Below are positions 1 to 18,424 of a stretch of DNA of 64,000 nt, one piece after another. The translations under genes were made by a program, and so were the position numbers. The notes beneath the pieces are model-generated. The model saw only the letters and a program-made list of their open reading frames with translations. It searched no databases and had not been told where the DNA came from. Origin of the DNA: Macrostomum lignano (Eukaryota). Each line of letters starts with the position of its first letter. Position 1 is the first letter of the stretch. The stretch covers positions 1 through 64,000 of the forward strand of contig NIVC01000944.1 of the NCBI GenBank assembly GCA_002269645.1. The letters are read 5' to 3'.

Positions 1-299
1 TTCATGAGCTCTGCAAGTTGTAAATAGTCCTGACCTGTCTCATGGCATCGATAAGGCGGGCTCTATCTCCGTCAGTAAACTCGTGCGTATGGTCCTCGAC
101 CTTTCTTCTGATTCAATTTCTTCGTCACCTTTGTTCTTCAATGATCTCATGTCACTCATATCTATGCTCGATATCTCCACTTGCAGTCGAAAAAAAACAT
201 AAAGCTGGGGGTGAAGTGAAATGAAAGGATCGACAAAGCCTCTTTGCATGTAAACTGTACATGAAATGATCATTCGTCTGTGTTGAAATCGAATGTGTT

Positions 300-552
300 T
301 TGCCTGAATTTGAATGCAGACTGCTGAAATTGAATGCAAAATCTGCACGCGTCAATAAAGTTTACCCATAGACGAGCAGACAAGTTGAGACAAAATTAAA
401 ATGAATGCAGATTGCCGAAATTGAATGTGGTTCGCTGAAATGGAATGCGAGCATGCTTAAATTGAATGAAGATTTGGTTGGCTAAATTTAGATTGCCGAT
501 TTTGAATGCCAGCTTGCTGAAATTGAATGCGACTTTGGTTGAAATTGAATGC
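300..552. repeat. Degenerate short repeats with core (GCTG)AAATTGAATGC, about 9 copies
   Basis: TTGAATGC/TTGAATG core recurs at irregular 20-40 bp spacing; this resembles subterminal repeats of a DNA element. Confidence 0.5.
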
Positions 553-565
553 AAAAGGTGTAATA

Positions 566-1490
566 TAGTTAGGCTGTATTGAGCAGAAATGAGCGAATCA
601 GCCTCGGCGCTTCGCGAGGCTTCGCGCCTCGTCTGTTTCGCTCATTTCTGCCCTCAACAGCCTAACTACATGTATATTAGTATCGTAGCCAATCTAAGCC
701 TGCCAACGCATTCTATGGTCAAATTCCATTTGAAGTAAGCTATTGGCTTCATTTCTCGCCCGCTTCTTCTTGACTTGTCTATGGCCTAAGCACTCGAGAC
801 CTGTCATATTGGGCCGTATGCAGAAAGCTTAGTCCAGACTAGCTAGTCTGGACTTGGGTAGTTCAGTCTATAGTCTATGGTCCAGCTACCTTAGTTCTGT
901 CTATAGTAGACCGGTCTAACTTTGCGTTTCTGCATACCAAATCCAAGTCCAGACTAGCTTTTTCAAGACCGGACTACCCTAGACAGAGCTTTCTGCATAC
1001 GGCCCATTAAGTCATGTTGAAGTCATGTTATAGAAAGAAAAATCCATCGTGTTTTTATTCCTTTACTGTTTGTCGAATATGCTGCGTTATTCTTCAATAC
1101 GCGAAGACGAAATTAGTGGATTGAGCTCAATTTCATCACGCATCTCGATCCTCGGGACCATGTCGACAGAATTGGTCAATGGACAGGGCTGACGGATGAG
1201 CAAGAGAGGCTAATTGATGAGGAACTACGCAATCCTACGCCGGAAGATCAGGTTGGAAACCTGTTTCGTGAATTGACCGAAGAAGAAGAAGCTGGCCTAA
1301 TCATGTGGAGCAAGAAAGTAAACGGAAGTCGACGGTTAAGCAAACTGAATTGCATATTCGCAAACTAAAAGAGTTTCTACGCGTGAGAATTTACCTGATC
1401 ACATCGAGAATATGCCAGTGAGGTATCGCAACTCCTATCTACGCCTGTTCTTCGTTCAGTTAAAAACAGCTGATGGAAAGCCTAAATACT
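566..1490 (+). mobile_element. Degenerate Crypton-like (DUF3504/KCTD1-type tyrosine recombinase) element fragment
   Basis: Long imperfect hairpin at 566-668 (TAGTTAGGCTG...CAGCCTAACTA). Frameshifted + strand coding remnant at ~1190-1490: FRELTEEEE / EQESKRKSTVKQTELHIRKLKEFL / ENLPDHIENMP..YLRLFFVQLKTADGKP, which resembles the N-terminal part of Crypton recombinases. Confidence 0.5.
811..1005. mobile_element. MITE (PIF/Harbinger-like), 195 bp
   Basis: Perfect 19-bp TIRs GGGCCGTATGCAGAAAGCT / AGCTTTCTGCATACGGCCC, 3-bp direct repeat ATT on both sides (808-810, 1006-1008), internal palindrome AGTCCAGACTAGCTAGTCTGGACT. Confidence 0.8.
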
Positions 1491-1589
1491 GTCAATGGAC
1501 TATATATCTAATGTTTATCTCATGTTAATGTTAATATCTCATGCTAATGCTAATATTAGCTCAAAATATATACATGTTTCTTTGTGCTC

Positions 1590-2367
1590 ACTTTGGGCCA
1601 TAGACAACTTTGCTGGCGGGCAGACATCGTTGCTTTCACCCTCGTTTCGGCAGGCTTAGGACTGCTACAATGTTCCATCTACTGCGCCACATATGCTAGG
1701 CATTCCACAAGCTGGAAAAATTCCACTGCCAGATTCTCCACACCTTGTTGGGGCCAGCACACGATATCTTGAAATAGTGTTTCATTAATGGCCCGAGTGA
1801 CACGCTTTACAACTTGACACACTGTTGCCTCAGACGGTCCATGTGCGTCCCTGATCAAATGATAGTACGAGTTTGTAGCGTAGAAACGTTGCGCCGTCAG
1901 TATTTGCTGAGTAGTGTCAATGCGCAGCTACGACGAGTTTGTCGCTGGAGCACAGGTCCGATCAGGCGTTCCAACTCTTCAAACGTATTTCTGTTCAATC
2001 TGAAGCGTTGAACAAAGTCTCTGTCGTCCTCAAAGAATTCTCTCTGGATGTATACCCTCCGTGCTCGTTGAACAGGCTCTTCGTTGATATTCCACAGTTG
2101 AAGAAGGTCATGATTTGATATTTATCCTGCTTCGAGGGTGGATTAAAATTTGCTTGATTTTATCTACGATTTCTTACCAGTGATAGACTGGTAAGAGCTT
2201 CGTAAAATTGGATTCAGCACCTCTGCCACAAAAAATAGCTAACCATCGTCTATGGTTAGCGATGGTTGATAAGTGGTAAAAAATCAGTGCTTTGTAAAAT
2301 AGAGATAGAAAAATACCACTGGTTCGCTGGTACTTTACCAGTGTAAGTGCTTCGTAAAATTGGTCCC
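1590..2367 (-). mobile_element. PIF/Harbinger transposon relic (HARBI1-like transposase N-terminal half, frameshifted)
   Basis: Minus-strand translation gives FVQRFRLNRNTFEELERLIGPVLQRQTRRSCAL / QILTAQRFYATNSYYHLIRDAHGPSEATVCQVVKRVTRAINE / GMPSICGAVDGTL, including the first catalytic Asp motif. A Harbinger-like terminus GGGACCAATTTTACGAAGC ends at 2367. Confidence 0.85.
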
Positions 2368-2385
2368 TGCGATCCAGTTATATTA

Positions 2386-3115
2386 TAGCTTTTTGCAGCC
2401 CATTTGGGCTTACACGCATTGAATTTAATCCAAGATACGGTTGCCACTGTAACGGTGCTTTTGTCTATGGTAGCAAGGCTGGCACTGCGGCATTTAATTT
2501 GGTCCAACAAGCATCAATTTAGTCCAAACGCTCGTGAGCCATTCGGAAAACTCTTACCTTCTCGCAACCATCTGCAATTGTTGAGTACCGCTGGAAGTTC
2601 AGCGTCTCTACCAGCAATTTTCAGTTGCTTTTCCAGAGTCGAAAGCTGGAACTGTTTCTTTAACTTCTGCTGCATTTTCTGCAACGTCAACAAAGGGTTC
2701 GTCTCAACTGCATCGAGTAGAAATTGGAACTGAGGCTCCAGCAACTTGCCTTGGCGATTGCCACCCTTTCGCGGCGATCTCTGCTTGCAGTGATTTCAAC
2801 GCGCTGATGGACGTTGTAAAGCACCTTTTCTGTTACATTCAGCAACCTTGCAATGTCATTTGGGCGTTCATCTCTGTCGAGTGCTTCGATCACATTCGTT
2901 CGACAGTCCAGCATATGGTCCACAATTCTGGGGGGCTGATCTGCTTCTCCACAGCAGTTGCAAGTGAAGCTATATGGACCAAATTGATGCTTGTTGGACC
3001 AAATTAAATGCCGCTGTGCCAGCCTTGCTACCATAGACAAAAGCTCCGTTACAGTGGCAAACGTATTTTGGATTAAATTCAATGCGCGTAGGCCCAAATG
3101 GGCTGAAAAAAGCTA
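2386..3115 (-). mobile_element. Non-autonomous IS630/Tc1/mariner-type element with ~135-bp TIRs
   Basis: Long inverted repeats at 2386-2521 and 2981-3115, flanked by TA on both sides. Internal frameshifted HTH remnant RTNVIEALDRDERPNDIARLLNV / LLDAVETNPLLTLQKMQQKL; no DDE domain. Confidence 0.8.
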
Positions 3116-3385
3116 TATTCATCCATGGTTATGCCGAATAAGCTGTAGACATGGGCATCATTTATGGAACAGAAACAATATTTGCACTTTACAGCAGACA
3201 ACAAACCCAGCTCGGTCCCCAGCAGTGTCTATGGCACAGACCAGAGCAGAGCAGGCCGCGGGCCCGCACAAGGCGTTGCTACGAGCAAATTCCCCAGCGA
3301 ATTCACAGAGAACGCGCTGAAAACCGCCCTAAATTCAAGAATCTGAGCCGCCAGTCGCAACAGATCAATCAAATCAAGAAGCGCA

Positions 3386-4254
3386 ATGGTAGACCTCGAC
3401 GAATCCACTGACGGACTGTACGAGATGGCCGCCGAGCTGGCCAAGGAGTTCGAGAAGGTCATCGGCAAGATCAAGCAGCGCGACAGACGGCCGGCGGCGG
3501 GACCGGTGATGCAGCAGCAGCAGCAACACTTGGAAAAGAAGCAGCCGATCCAGGAGCAACAGGAAATGCAGCAGCAGCAGCAGCAGCTCCAGCAGCTCCA
3601 GCAGCCGAAGGTGAGGCAGGCCACTCGGCAGCACCAGAAGCCGCAGCGCCCAGCCGAGCCGCAGCCGGTCGTCGCCACGAACGCCAGCAACCAGGCGGGC
3701 TGCGGGCTGCAGCAGCAGCGGGTCCGCATCGAGCCCAGCGAGCTCCGCCTGGTGCTGAAGCTCGAGTCCTGCCTGGCCGAGAACGGCTCGCTGCTGGTGC
3801 GGCCCAGCGTGCGCGAGGACCGCGGCGGCGCCTCCGAGGCGACCGCTGGGCAGCCATGCAGCGGCGGCGGCGACGCCTCGGAGCTGGAGGAGGAAGAGGA
3901 CAAGGAGCTCTGCCTGCAGGTCGTCTGCGGCGGCCCGCAGGCGAAGCAGCGCCAGGGCGGCGCGCAGGTGGCCCGGCAGACCGGCCGACAGCAGCCCAGC
4001 GCCATCCACAGCGGCGCCAGGCGCCTGGCCGGCAGCGGCGGCGCCAAGAGGCACCAGCTGAACAATCATCACGACGACGACTCGGCGGACTCCGGCAGCT
4101 CGTACGAGGAGGACTCGGTGGCAGCGCCAGCGACTCGGAAAACGCGGCGGGTGTTGCGGCGGCGGCGGCGGCGGGCGCGGATGGCAGCCTGCAGGTGATT
4201 CAGGGCCTGCTGGAAAGCCTCCGGAAGCCGGACTCCTCGGCCGGCCGCCGATGA
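3386..4254 (+). CDS. Uncharacterised Gln/Ala/Ser-rich low-complexity protein, single exon, probable 1-nt frameshift near 4117
   Basis: 270-codon ORF with strong GC3 bias like the other host exons. Adding one G at TCG-GTG gives EEDSGGSASDSENAAGV...GRR* (stop 4252-4254). No recognisable domain. Confidence 0.6.
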
Positions 4255-5000
4255 AGGCCAACTTCAGTTCGCCCCTGACAGACTGCGGCGCCACAGCCAA
4301 TCTAGTTTTGTGACAGAACTTTGCAGACCCCTCGGAGTCGGAGCAGAACAAAAAGTGCTCAAAAGCTGCATTGCCGCTAGCGCAGACAAACTTTTATTAC
4401 CCTGTAGCTAGGCATCTATCCCCTACTTAGCTGGCATTTAATCCTTATTTACCCCATAGGCCAACTCCCAACCAGCACAGCTTGCACGTACAGCAACTTC
4501 CACAATACACGCCTGGCAGACGCCTCCGAGCTTTTGTTTGCTAAACATGCCGCTCAGAACTCGGCAGATGGCAATTGTCGCTTTCTCATTGGCTGAAGCG
4601 AGAAAAGGGGCGGAGCAGCAGCGCCATGACAGTCATTTGCGGCTTGTGCAGGAGACACGGGCCTGAGGGGTTGCTGCGCGAGGCTCGCGCTGATGGCTTC
4701 TGTTTTTCGAAAAAGCAGCGAAAACAAAAACAGGAAATCAGCAGTCGATCCTACAAAAGCAGAGTTTTTTCGTGGCTTCCACCGCCAGAGACAAGCAAAA
4801 CAAGTGACAAGTCGGGCAACGGGAGGAAGTGCGGATTAAAAGTGGTGGGATCAGACAGCGGAAATCCGGGCGGGCGGTTGCTGTCCGAAATCAGAGGCGA
4901 ACTCAATCTCAATTAGTGAGTGCAAAACTCCTCAAACTACTCAAACTTCGTGATCTCGATCGAGCTCGAGTCTGAGCTGCTCAGATCCGCTCAAAGCTGG

Positions 5001-6059
<1,059 letters not shown>

Positions 6060-6174
6060 AGAAAAATCGGTTGAGACTGGGGCTCGGTTTCGCCTCCCTC
6101 CCTCGCCTGTTTATTTAATTGTGGCTGGCAAGAGGCGCTGATTGGCTGGGCGGTCATTTGCTGGACTATCGAGA

Positions 6175-6975
6175 CTCAGAGTGTATCTGGCGCCGTATCT
6201 ACACACTGAGAGTGTATCTGGCGCCGTATCTATACACTGAGAGTGTATCTGGCGCCGTATCTAAACACTGAGAGTGTATCTGGCGCCGTATTTACACACT
6301 GAGAGTGTATCTGGCGCCGTATCTACACACTGAGAGTGTATCTGGCGCCATATCTACACACTGAGAGTGTATCTGGCGCCGTATCTACACACTGAGAGTG
6401 TATCTGGCGCCGTATCTACACACTGAGAGTGTATCTGGCGCCATATCTACACACTGAGAGTGTATCTGGGCGCCGTATCTACACACTGAGAGTGTATCTG
6501 GCGCCATACCTACACGCTGAGAGTGTATCTGGCGCCGTATCTACACACTGAGAGTGTATCTGGCGCCGTATCTATACACTGAGAGTGTATCTGGCGCCGT
6601 ATCTACACGCTGAGAGTGTATCTGGCGCCGTATCTACACACTAAGAGTGTATCTGGCGCCGTATCTACACACTGAGAGTGTATCTGGCGCCGTATCTACA
6701 CACTGAGAGTGTATCTGGCGCCGTATCTATACACTGAGAGTGTATCTGGCGCCGTATCTACACGCTGAGAGTGTATCTGGCGCCGTATCTACACACTGAG
6801 AGTGTATCTGGCGCCGTATCTACACACTGAGAGTGTATCTGGCGCCGTATCTACACGCTGAGAGTGTATCTGGCGCCGTATCTACACACTGAGAGTGTAT
6901 CTGGCGCCGTATCTACACACTGAGAGTGTATCTGGCGCCGTATCTACACCTTGAGAGTGTATCTGGCGCTGTATC
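6175..6975. repeat. 31-bp minisatellite CTGAGAGTGTATCTGGCGCCGTATCTACACA, ~26 copies
   Basis: Directly visible tandem array. Confidence 0.95.
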
Positions 6976-7365
6976 ATCTGGCGCCCTATCATCTGGCGCC
7001 ACAGTTTCAGTTAAATGTGTGGGGTCACAATTTCAGTTCATTCTGGCGCTACAATTTCAGTGAACTCTGGCGTCAAGTACATGCTTTGCCCAGGGCAGGT
7101 TACCTTTACAACATACCTGGCCCTAAATTTGTTTATATAAAAGTTGCAAACTTGTCAACTCAGAAGAAGAAAGGTCCGGGGGTTTTGCGCAGAGCACTCG
7201 CTAACAGAAACTTTATCTATTGATAAGGCATCAACTCGAAGTCACTACAAGTGCCATTTTGACCCCGAAAATTGTTCTGAATGGTAAGTTCTGCGTTTAT
7301 AAATTTGGGCCAAGACTCCCGCGAAGTGTTGTGCGTTTGTTGGGCTTCCAAGAGTTGAGTGACTG

Positions 7366-8518
7366 GACTGTATCAAGTGCTGAGTGACTGTATGAAGTGC
7401 TGAGTGACTGTATCAAGTGCTGAGTGACTGTATCAAGTGCTGAGTGACTGTATCGAGTGTTGAGTGACTGTATCAAGTGCTGAGTGACTGTATCAAGTGC
7501 TGAGTGACTGTATCAAGTGCTGAGTGACTGTATCAAGTGCTGAGTGACTGTATCGAGTGTTGAGGGACTGTATGAAGTGCTGAGTGACTGTATCGAGTGC
7601 TGAGTGACTGTATGAAGTGCTGAGTGACTGTATCGAGTGCTGAGTGACTGTATCAAGTGCTGAGTGACTGTATGAAGTGCTGAGTGACTGTATCAAGTGC
7701 TGAGTGACTGTATCAAGTGCTGAGTGACTGTATCAGGTGCTGAGTGACTGTATCAAAAGCTGAGTGACTGTATCAAGTGCTGAGTGACTGTATCAAGTGC
7801 TGAGTGGCTGTATCAAGTGCTGAGTGACTGTATCAAGTGCTGAGTGACTGTATCAAATGCTGAGTGACTGTATCGAGTGCTGAGTGACTGTATCAAATGC
7901 TGAGTGACTGTATCAAATGCTGAGTGACTGTATCAAATGCTGAGTGACTGTATCAAATGCTGAGTGACTGTATCAGGTGCTGAGTGACTGTATCAAGTGC
8001 TGAGTGACTGTATCAAATGCTGAGTGACTGTATCAAATGCTGAGTGACTGTATCGAGTGCTGAGTGACTGTATCAAATGCTGAGTGACTGTATCAAATGC
8101 TGAGTGACTGTATCAAATGCTGAGTGACTGTATCAAATGCTGAGTGACTGTATCAGGTGCTGAGTGACTGTATCAAGTGCTGAGTGACTGTATCAAAAGC
8201 TGAGTGACTGTATCAAGTGCTGAGTGACTGTATCAAGTGCTGAGTGACTGTATCAAGTGCTGAGTGACTGTATCAAATGCTGAGTGACTGTATCAAATGC
8301 TGAGTGACTGTATCGAGTGCTGAGTGACTGTATCAAGTGCTGAGTGACTGTATGAATTGCTGAGTGACTGTATCAAATGCTGAGTGACTGTATCAAATGC
8401 TGAGTGACTGTATCGAGTGCTGAGTGACTGTATCAAGTGCTGAGTGACTGTATGAATTGCTGAGTGACTGTATCAAGTGCTGAGTGACTGTATGAATTGC
8501 TGAGTGACTGTATCAAGT
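7366..8518. repeat. 20-bp minisatellite TGAGTGACTGTATCAAGTGC (left block)
   Basis: Directly visible, ~57 copies. Confidence 0.95.
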
Positions 8519-8521
8519 CTT

Positions 8522-11500
8522 TGAATGCAATAGATTGAGTTAGAAAATTAACTTCTCTATATAAATGGGGCTTGGTGCTGTACGTATATTAGTAAATGGG
8601 GGCTGGGACTGAACTCGTACGTATAACCTGCACGCGCTTAAAAAATAATGGAACAATGAAAAGTACACGTAGGTGAATCGATACAAGAATGGGGCCCTCT
8701 CTCTCGTAAACATTACCCCCTTCTTGACATAGGATAAAATTGAATGAAGTAACAAGCTTAATTGAGATGAGCCCTCCACTAGCCAGAAAAAGACAAAACG
8801 CGCAAGCAATAACGCATAAAAAAGCACGTTCTTTGTGTGAAAAAATAAAGACTGCTAGTAAACAACTACATTAATTAATATGTTGTCAACGAGAATCGTG
8901 CCTGCAATAAACTGGAAACTAAAAGTAACAAAAAGCTGACTCTCCGTGCAACAATCACCACGAAAAACCATCGGACCAACCTGGAAAAGCATTACGCCTC
9001 GAAGTTACACAAAACCTGATTAAAAAACAATTACGATAAAAAATTCTATGAAAAAGAAAATGACGCAATGCAAAAACGGAAACAATTCATTTGAAAAGAA
9101 AAAACATCCACCAGAAAAAATCAGAAATGGTCAGAAAAAACACTTCTAAAGATCGCATGAGCTTGCAGCAGGAAAAAGGCAACAGAAGTAATCAAAAGCA
9201 ACAAAAATTGCCGAAAAGTAAAAGAAACAGATGTTATGAACGCCCGAACTAGCAATACAGTAACAACTAAGCCCACAGGCGTTTAACAGTCAGTCTTTCT
9301 GTCACACTCTGTCACAATCAGTTACTCAGTTCTTGATGTTTCAATGACACACAGCTTGGACAGAGGCCGTACCAGCACAGCCTGACCGACTTGAACATTG
9401 GCCACTCGCACGCGACCGTCTTGACCCGGGAAGACCGAGACCACTCGTCCGAGCGGCCAGCGACCTCGCGGTGCGACGGGCTTGACCACCAGCACTACGT
9501 CATCTTCCTGCAGGTTTCTCTGTTGGTCGATCCACTTGGACCTCGGCTGCAGGCCGGGTAGCCACTCTCTGCATCCAGCGCCGCCACACATGCGTCACGA
9601 GCTCCTGCACCCGTCGCCAACGCTTTCTTGGATTAATCGCTACATCCGGTGAAAACTGCCCTCCGGCTTGTCCGTGCAGAAAATGATTGGGCGTTAACGG
9701 TACCTCGTCCGGTACGTGATTGGGCGTGAGTTAATAAGCGCCTCTGCTCCGGTGATCGCTGAGTGCAACTCCTCATCGTTAACATCCGCGTTGCCGAGGA
9801 TTGCCGAGCTTCGATGCGCTGATCGTTATTTCATGCGCTCCACCAAAATGTGGCGCTGCTGGCGACTGAAAGCTCCATTTTACTCCGTGCACTGCTGTCT
9901 TCTCTTGCCATTTGGTCTTGTTCACACTTTCCAGTTGCTTGAGCTCTTCTGCTCCTCTTACAAAGTTTCCGCCGTTGTCCGAGTGCATGATCTTTGGCAG
10001 GCCTCGACGGTTGACCATGCGGTAGAACGCATTCAAAAACGAGTCAGTGTCGAGCCCGACGGTGAAATTTACTCATCAGCAGCTGGTTCCAACCACCATC
10101 TTTTTCCCATTGTCTCCGCTTCCGCGACGAATGTCCGCTCGTGACGCTGCTCACGTGGACCCAGGTTGACCACACCTTCAGGCTTCTTGGACGCTTCTGC
10201 GTCGTCCGGCATTAACGGAATCCTCCTCTCCGGCCAACATTCTTCCTTCTTTTGCAGGAACTCTGGTCCCTGGAACCACAATCACGAATTCGGCAACTCG
10301 GAAGCGCTGCAGCTTATGGATAAAATGTCCGCTGGATTCAACTTCGTCGGCACGTATCCCCACTGATTCACCTTCACCTCTCGATTCGGTTGGCAACAAA
10401 CGGTTTGAACGCCCCGGCTCCGGTTCCGTATCCACGACAGGACGTTTTGACTATCGGTCCAAAGGGTTGCTACTCTAATGTCCATGCCCAGACCATCCGC
10501 GATAGTCTTGGTCAGCCGAACTCCCAGCACCGCGGCCATCAACTCAAGCCTCAGGACGCTGACAGTCAATAGCGGGGCTACCTTCGACTTCGACGCTACG
10601 AAGCGCATTGTTACCTCATCAATATTGTGGCCTCGGCAGTAGACTACAGCTCCGTACGCATCTTGAAAAGCGTCCACAAGCGCGTGAATCTCCGCTTGAC
10701 GGCCTTGTGGATTCAGACAACGCGGCACAGCAACTTGTTGAAGAACTGAAAGTTCGCTCATCCATTAGGATGCCTTCTCTGCCATCGCCGGATCGATCGG
10801 TTCGTCCCAGTCACATCCGTGCTGCCAAATCCCCTGGAGCATGATCTTTTTCCGAATGACACATGGAGCTATGAAGCCGCATGGATCGAGCACACTGGCA
10901 ATGCTTCGCAGCAGCTGTCGCTTTGTTGTAATCTTTCCGTTGCTATTCGACTCATCCAAGGTGACTGACAGCACATCTTCCTTGGCCCGCCAATTGACAC
11001 CCAGGGCTTTGCTGGTTGGTGACTCGCCTGTCAGCAGCAACTCAGACCGCGGGGCCCGCTCGGACTCCGGAACTCTCGCTAGCACTTCCGCCGAGTTGGA
11101 AATCCATTTGCATGCTCTCATCCCGGCTCTGCTCCACAACTCGGTCAACTCTTCGTACAATTTGATCGCGCCATTGGCAGTCCTCGCCGCCATTGGCAGT
11201 TCTTCCTGATGCCAGCGTTCGTTCTCTTGCGTCACGAACTGGGCCAAGAATGGCGAGCAGTTAACACCAAAGATGACGCTTCGGACTCGTACACCTTCGG
11301 CTCCACATCACGATCTGCCTCGAGTCCGCGCCATAGAAACCGCAAGAATCGCCTGTCTTCAGCGGCCAATCTGATTCTTAAATACATTTATTCGATGTCA
11401 CAGGACAATGCCACTGCATGCATGCGGAATCTTAGCAGAACCTTGAAGAGATAATTTTGCAGTTTTGGGCCAGCGAAGATGGCATCATTCAAGCAGATTC

Positions 11501-11850
11501 CATTGCAGCGTGCTGATGCATCAAAGACAATGCGTGTCTTTGTCCGCTCGCACCACTGCAAAGTGCGGCAGGTACCACTCACCCGCCACTGGCACTGTGC
11601 TGTCGACTTCTTCTGTGCAACCTTTAACTGGATGCACCTCCTGGTACGCCTTCGCCAGGTCTGGATCTTTCCGCAAACGCTTTTCAGTGCATTTCAACCG
11701 ATGCAGGGCTGCGTTCCTGCTACTAGGCAATTCTGTCGGATCCGTCTTCCAAGGATTCGTCACTTGGTATCGTCCAACTTCAAACTCAAGATTCGCTTCA
11801 ACCATCTGTACCGCCTGGCGTTCTTCTTCTGACAGGAACGCTCGGGGAGA
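8522..11850 (-). mobile_element. BEL/Pao LTR retrotransposon relic (pol: RT, RNase H, integrase, DUF5641-type C-terminus; probable partial 3' LTR)
   Basis: Frameshifted motifs [23 protein letters not shown] (RT), DAFQDAYGAVVY..SKSKVAP..RLELMAAVLG..WTDSQNV (RNase H), SDNGGNF..APHFGG (IN), RGRWPLGRVVSVFPGQDGRVRVA. A polypurine tract AAGAAGGGGG is followed by TGTTT at 8712, the probable LTR start. No gag or 5' LTR seen. Confidence 0.92.
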
Positions 11851-11859
11851 TGCTGAGTG

Positions 11860-12733
11860 CTGAGTCACTGTATCAAGTGCAGAGTGACTGTATCGAGTGC
11901 TGAGTGACTGTATCAAGTGCTGAGTGGCTGTATCAAGTGCTGAGTGACTGTATCGAGTGCTGAGTGACTGTATCAAGTGCAGAGTGACTGTATCAAGTGC
12001 AGAGTGACTGTATCAAATGCAGAGTGACTGGATCAAGTGCTGAGTGACTGTATCAAATGCAGAGTGACTGGATCAAGTGCAGAGTGACTGTATCAAATGC
12101 AGAGTGACTGGATCAAGTGCAGAGTGACTGTATCAAGTGCAGAGTGACTGTATCAAGTGCAGAGTGACTGGATCAAGTGCAGAGTGACTGTATCAAATGC
12201 AGAGTGACTGGATCAAGTGCAGAGTGACTGTATCAAGTGCAGAGTGACTGTATCAAGTGCTGAGTGACTGTATCAAGTGCAGCGTGACTGTATCAAGTGT
12301 AGAGTGACTGTATCAAGTGCTGAGTGACTGTATCAAGTGCTGAGTGACTGTATCAAGTGCAGCGTGACTGTATCAAGTGTAGAGTGACTGTATCAAGTGC
12401 AGAGTGACTGTATCAAGTGCAGCGTGACTGTATCAAGTGTAGAGTGACTGTATCAAGTGCTGAGTGACTGTATCAAGTGCAGCGTGACTGTATCAAGTGT
12501 AGAGTGACTGTATCAAGTGCAGCGTGACTGTATCAAGTGTAGAGTGACTGTATCAAGTGCTGAGTGACTGTATCAAGTGCAGAGTGACTGTATCAAGTGC
12601 TGAGTGACTGTATCAAGTGCTGAGTGACTGTATCAAGTGCTGAGTGACTGTATCAAGTGCAGAGTGACTGTATCAAGTGCTGAGTGACTGTATCAAGTGC
12701 TGAGCGACTGTATCAAGTGTAGAGTGACTGTAT
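11860..12733. repeat. 20-bp minisatellite (T/A)GAGTGACTGTATCAAGTGC (right block)
   Basis: Same unit and orientation as 7366-8518, ~43 copies. Confidence 0.95.
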
Positions 12734-12912
12734 GAGATCATATTTTAGCCACAGCTCATAAAGCCCTGACTTGTGTTGCTGAGTGCCGCCTTTGCCTTAT
12801 CTCCCCCCTCCTTCCCCTCGCGCGTCCATTGCGCTTTCAGACCGCGGAGCAGGTCTGAGATAATAAATTTTAGCGCACTCAGCCGCAGGGCGCAGCGGCA
12901 GCAGCAGCAGCC

Positions 12913-18310
<5,398 letters not shown>

Positions 18311-18424
18311 GGCCGGAATGAGGCGGCTCTGATGACTGGCTGGAAGATGAGCTCTGGCTTTTTGGGACAACTCAATTTGCTGTAGAAATCACAAGGAGCT
18401 ATAGAAGTTTGCGAAAGTTAGAAT

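Noticed and set aside
40-200. Possible Myb/SANT (MADF)-like fragment FTDGDRARLIDAMRQVRTIYNL on the minus strand, as a Harbinger second ORF
   Set aside because: Too short, ends in a stop, cut by the window edge; resemblance is weak.
3164-3385. Upstream in-frame ORF separated from the 3386 ORF by a single TGA (readthrough or selenocysteine idea)
   Set aside because: The upstream part lacks the GC3 bias of the main ORF and no SECIS-like element was recognised; more likely 5' UTR.
7225-7290. Candidate small exon ending at a strong GTAAGT donor upstream of the CAP gene
   Set aside because: No recognisable protein similarity and no way to link it without transcript data; at most a UTR exon.
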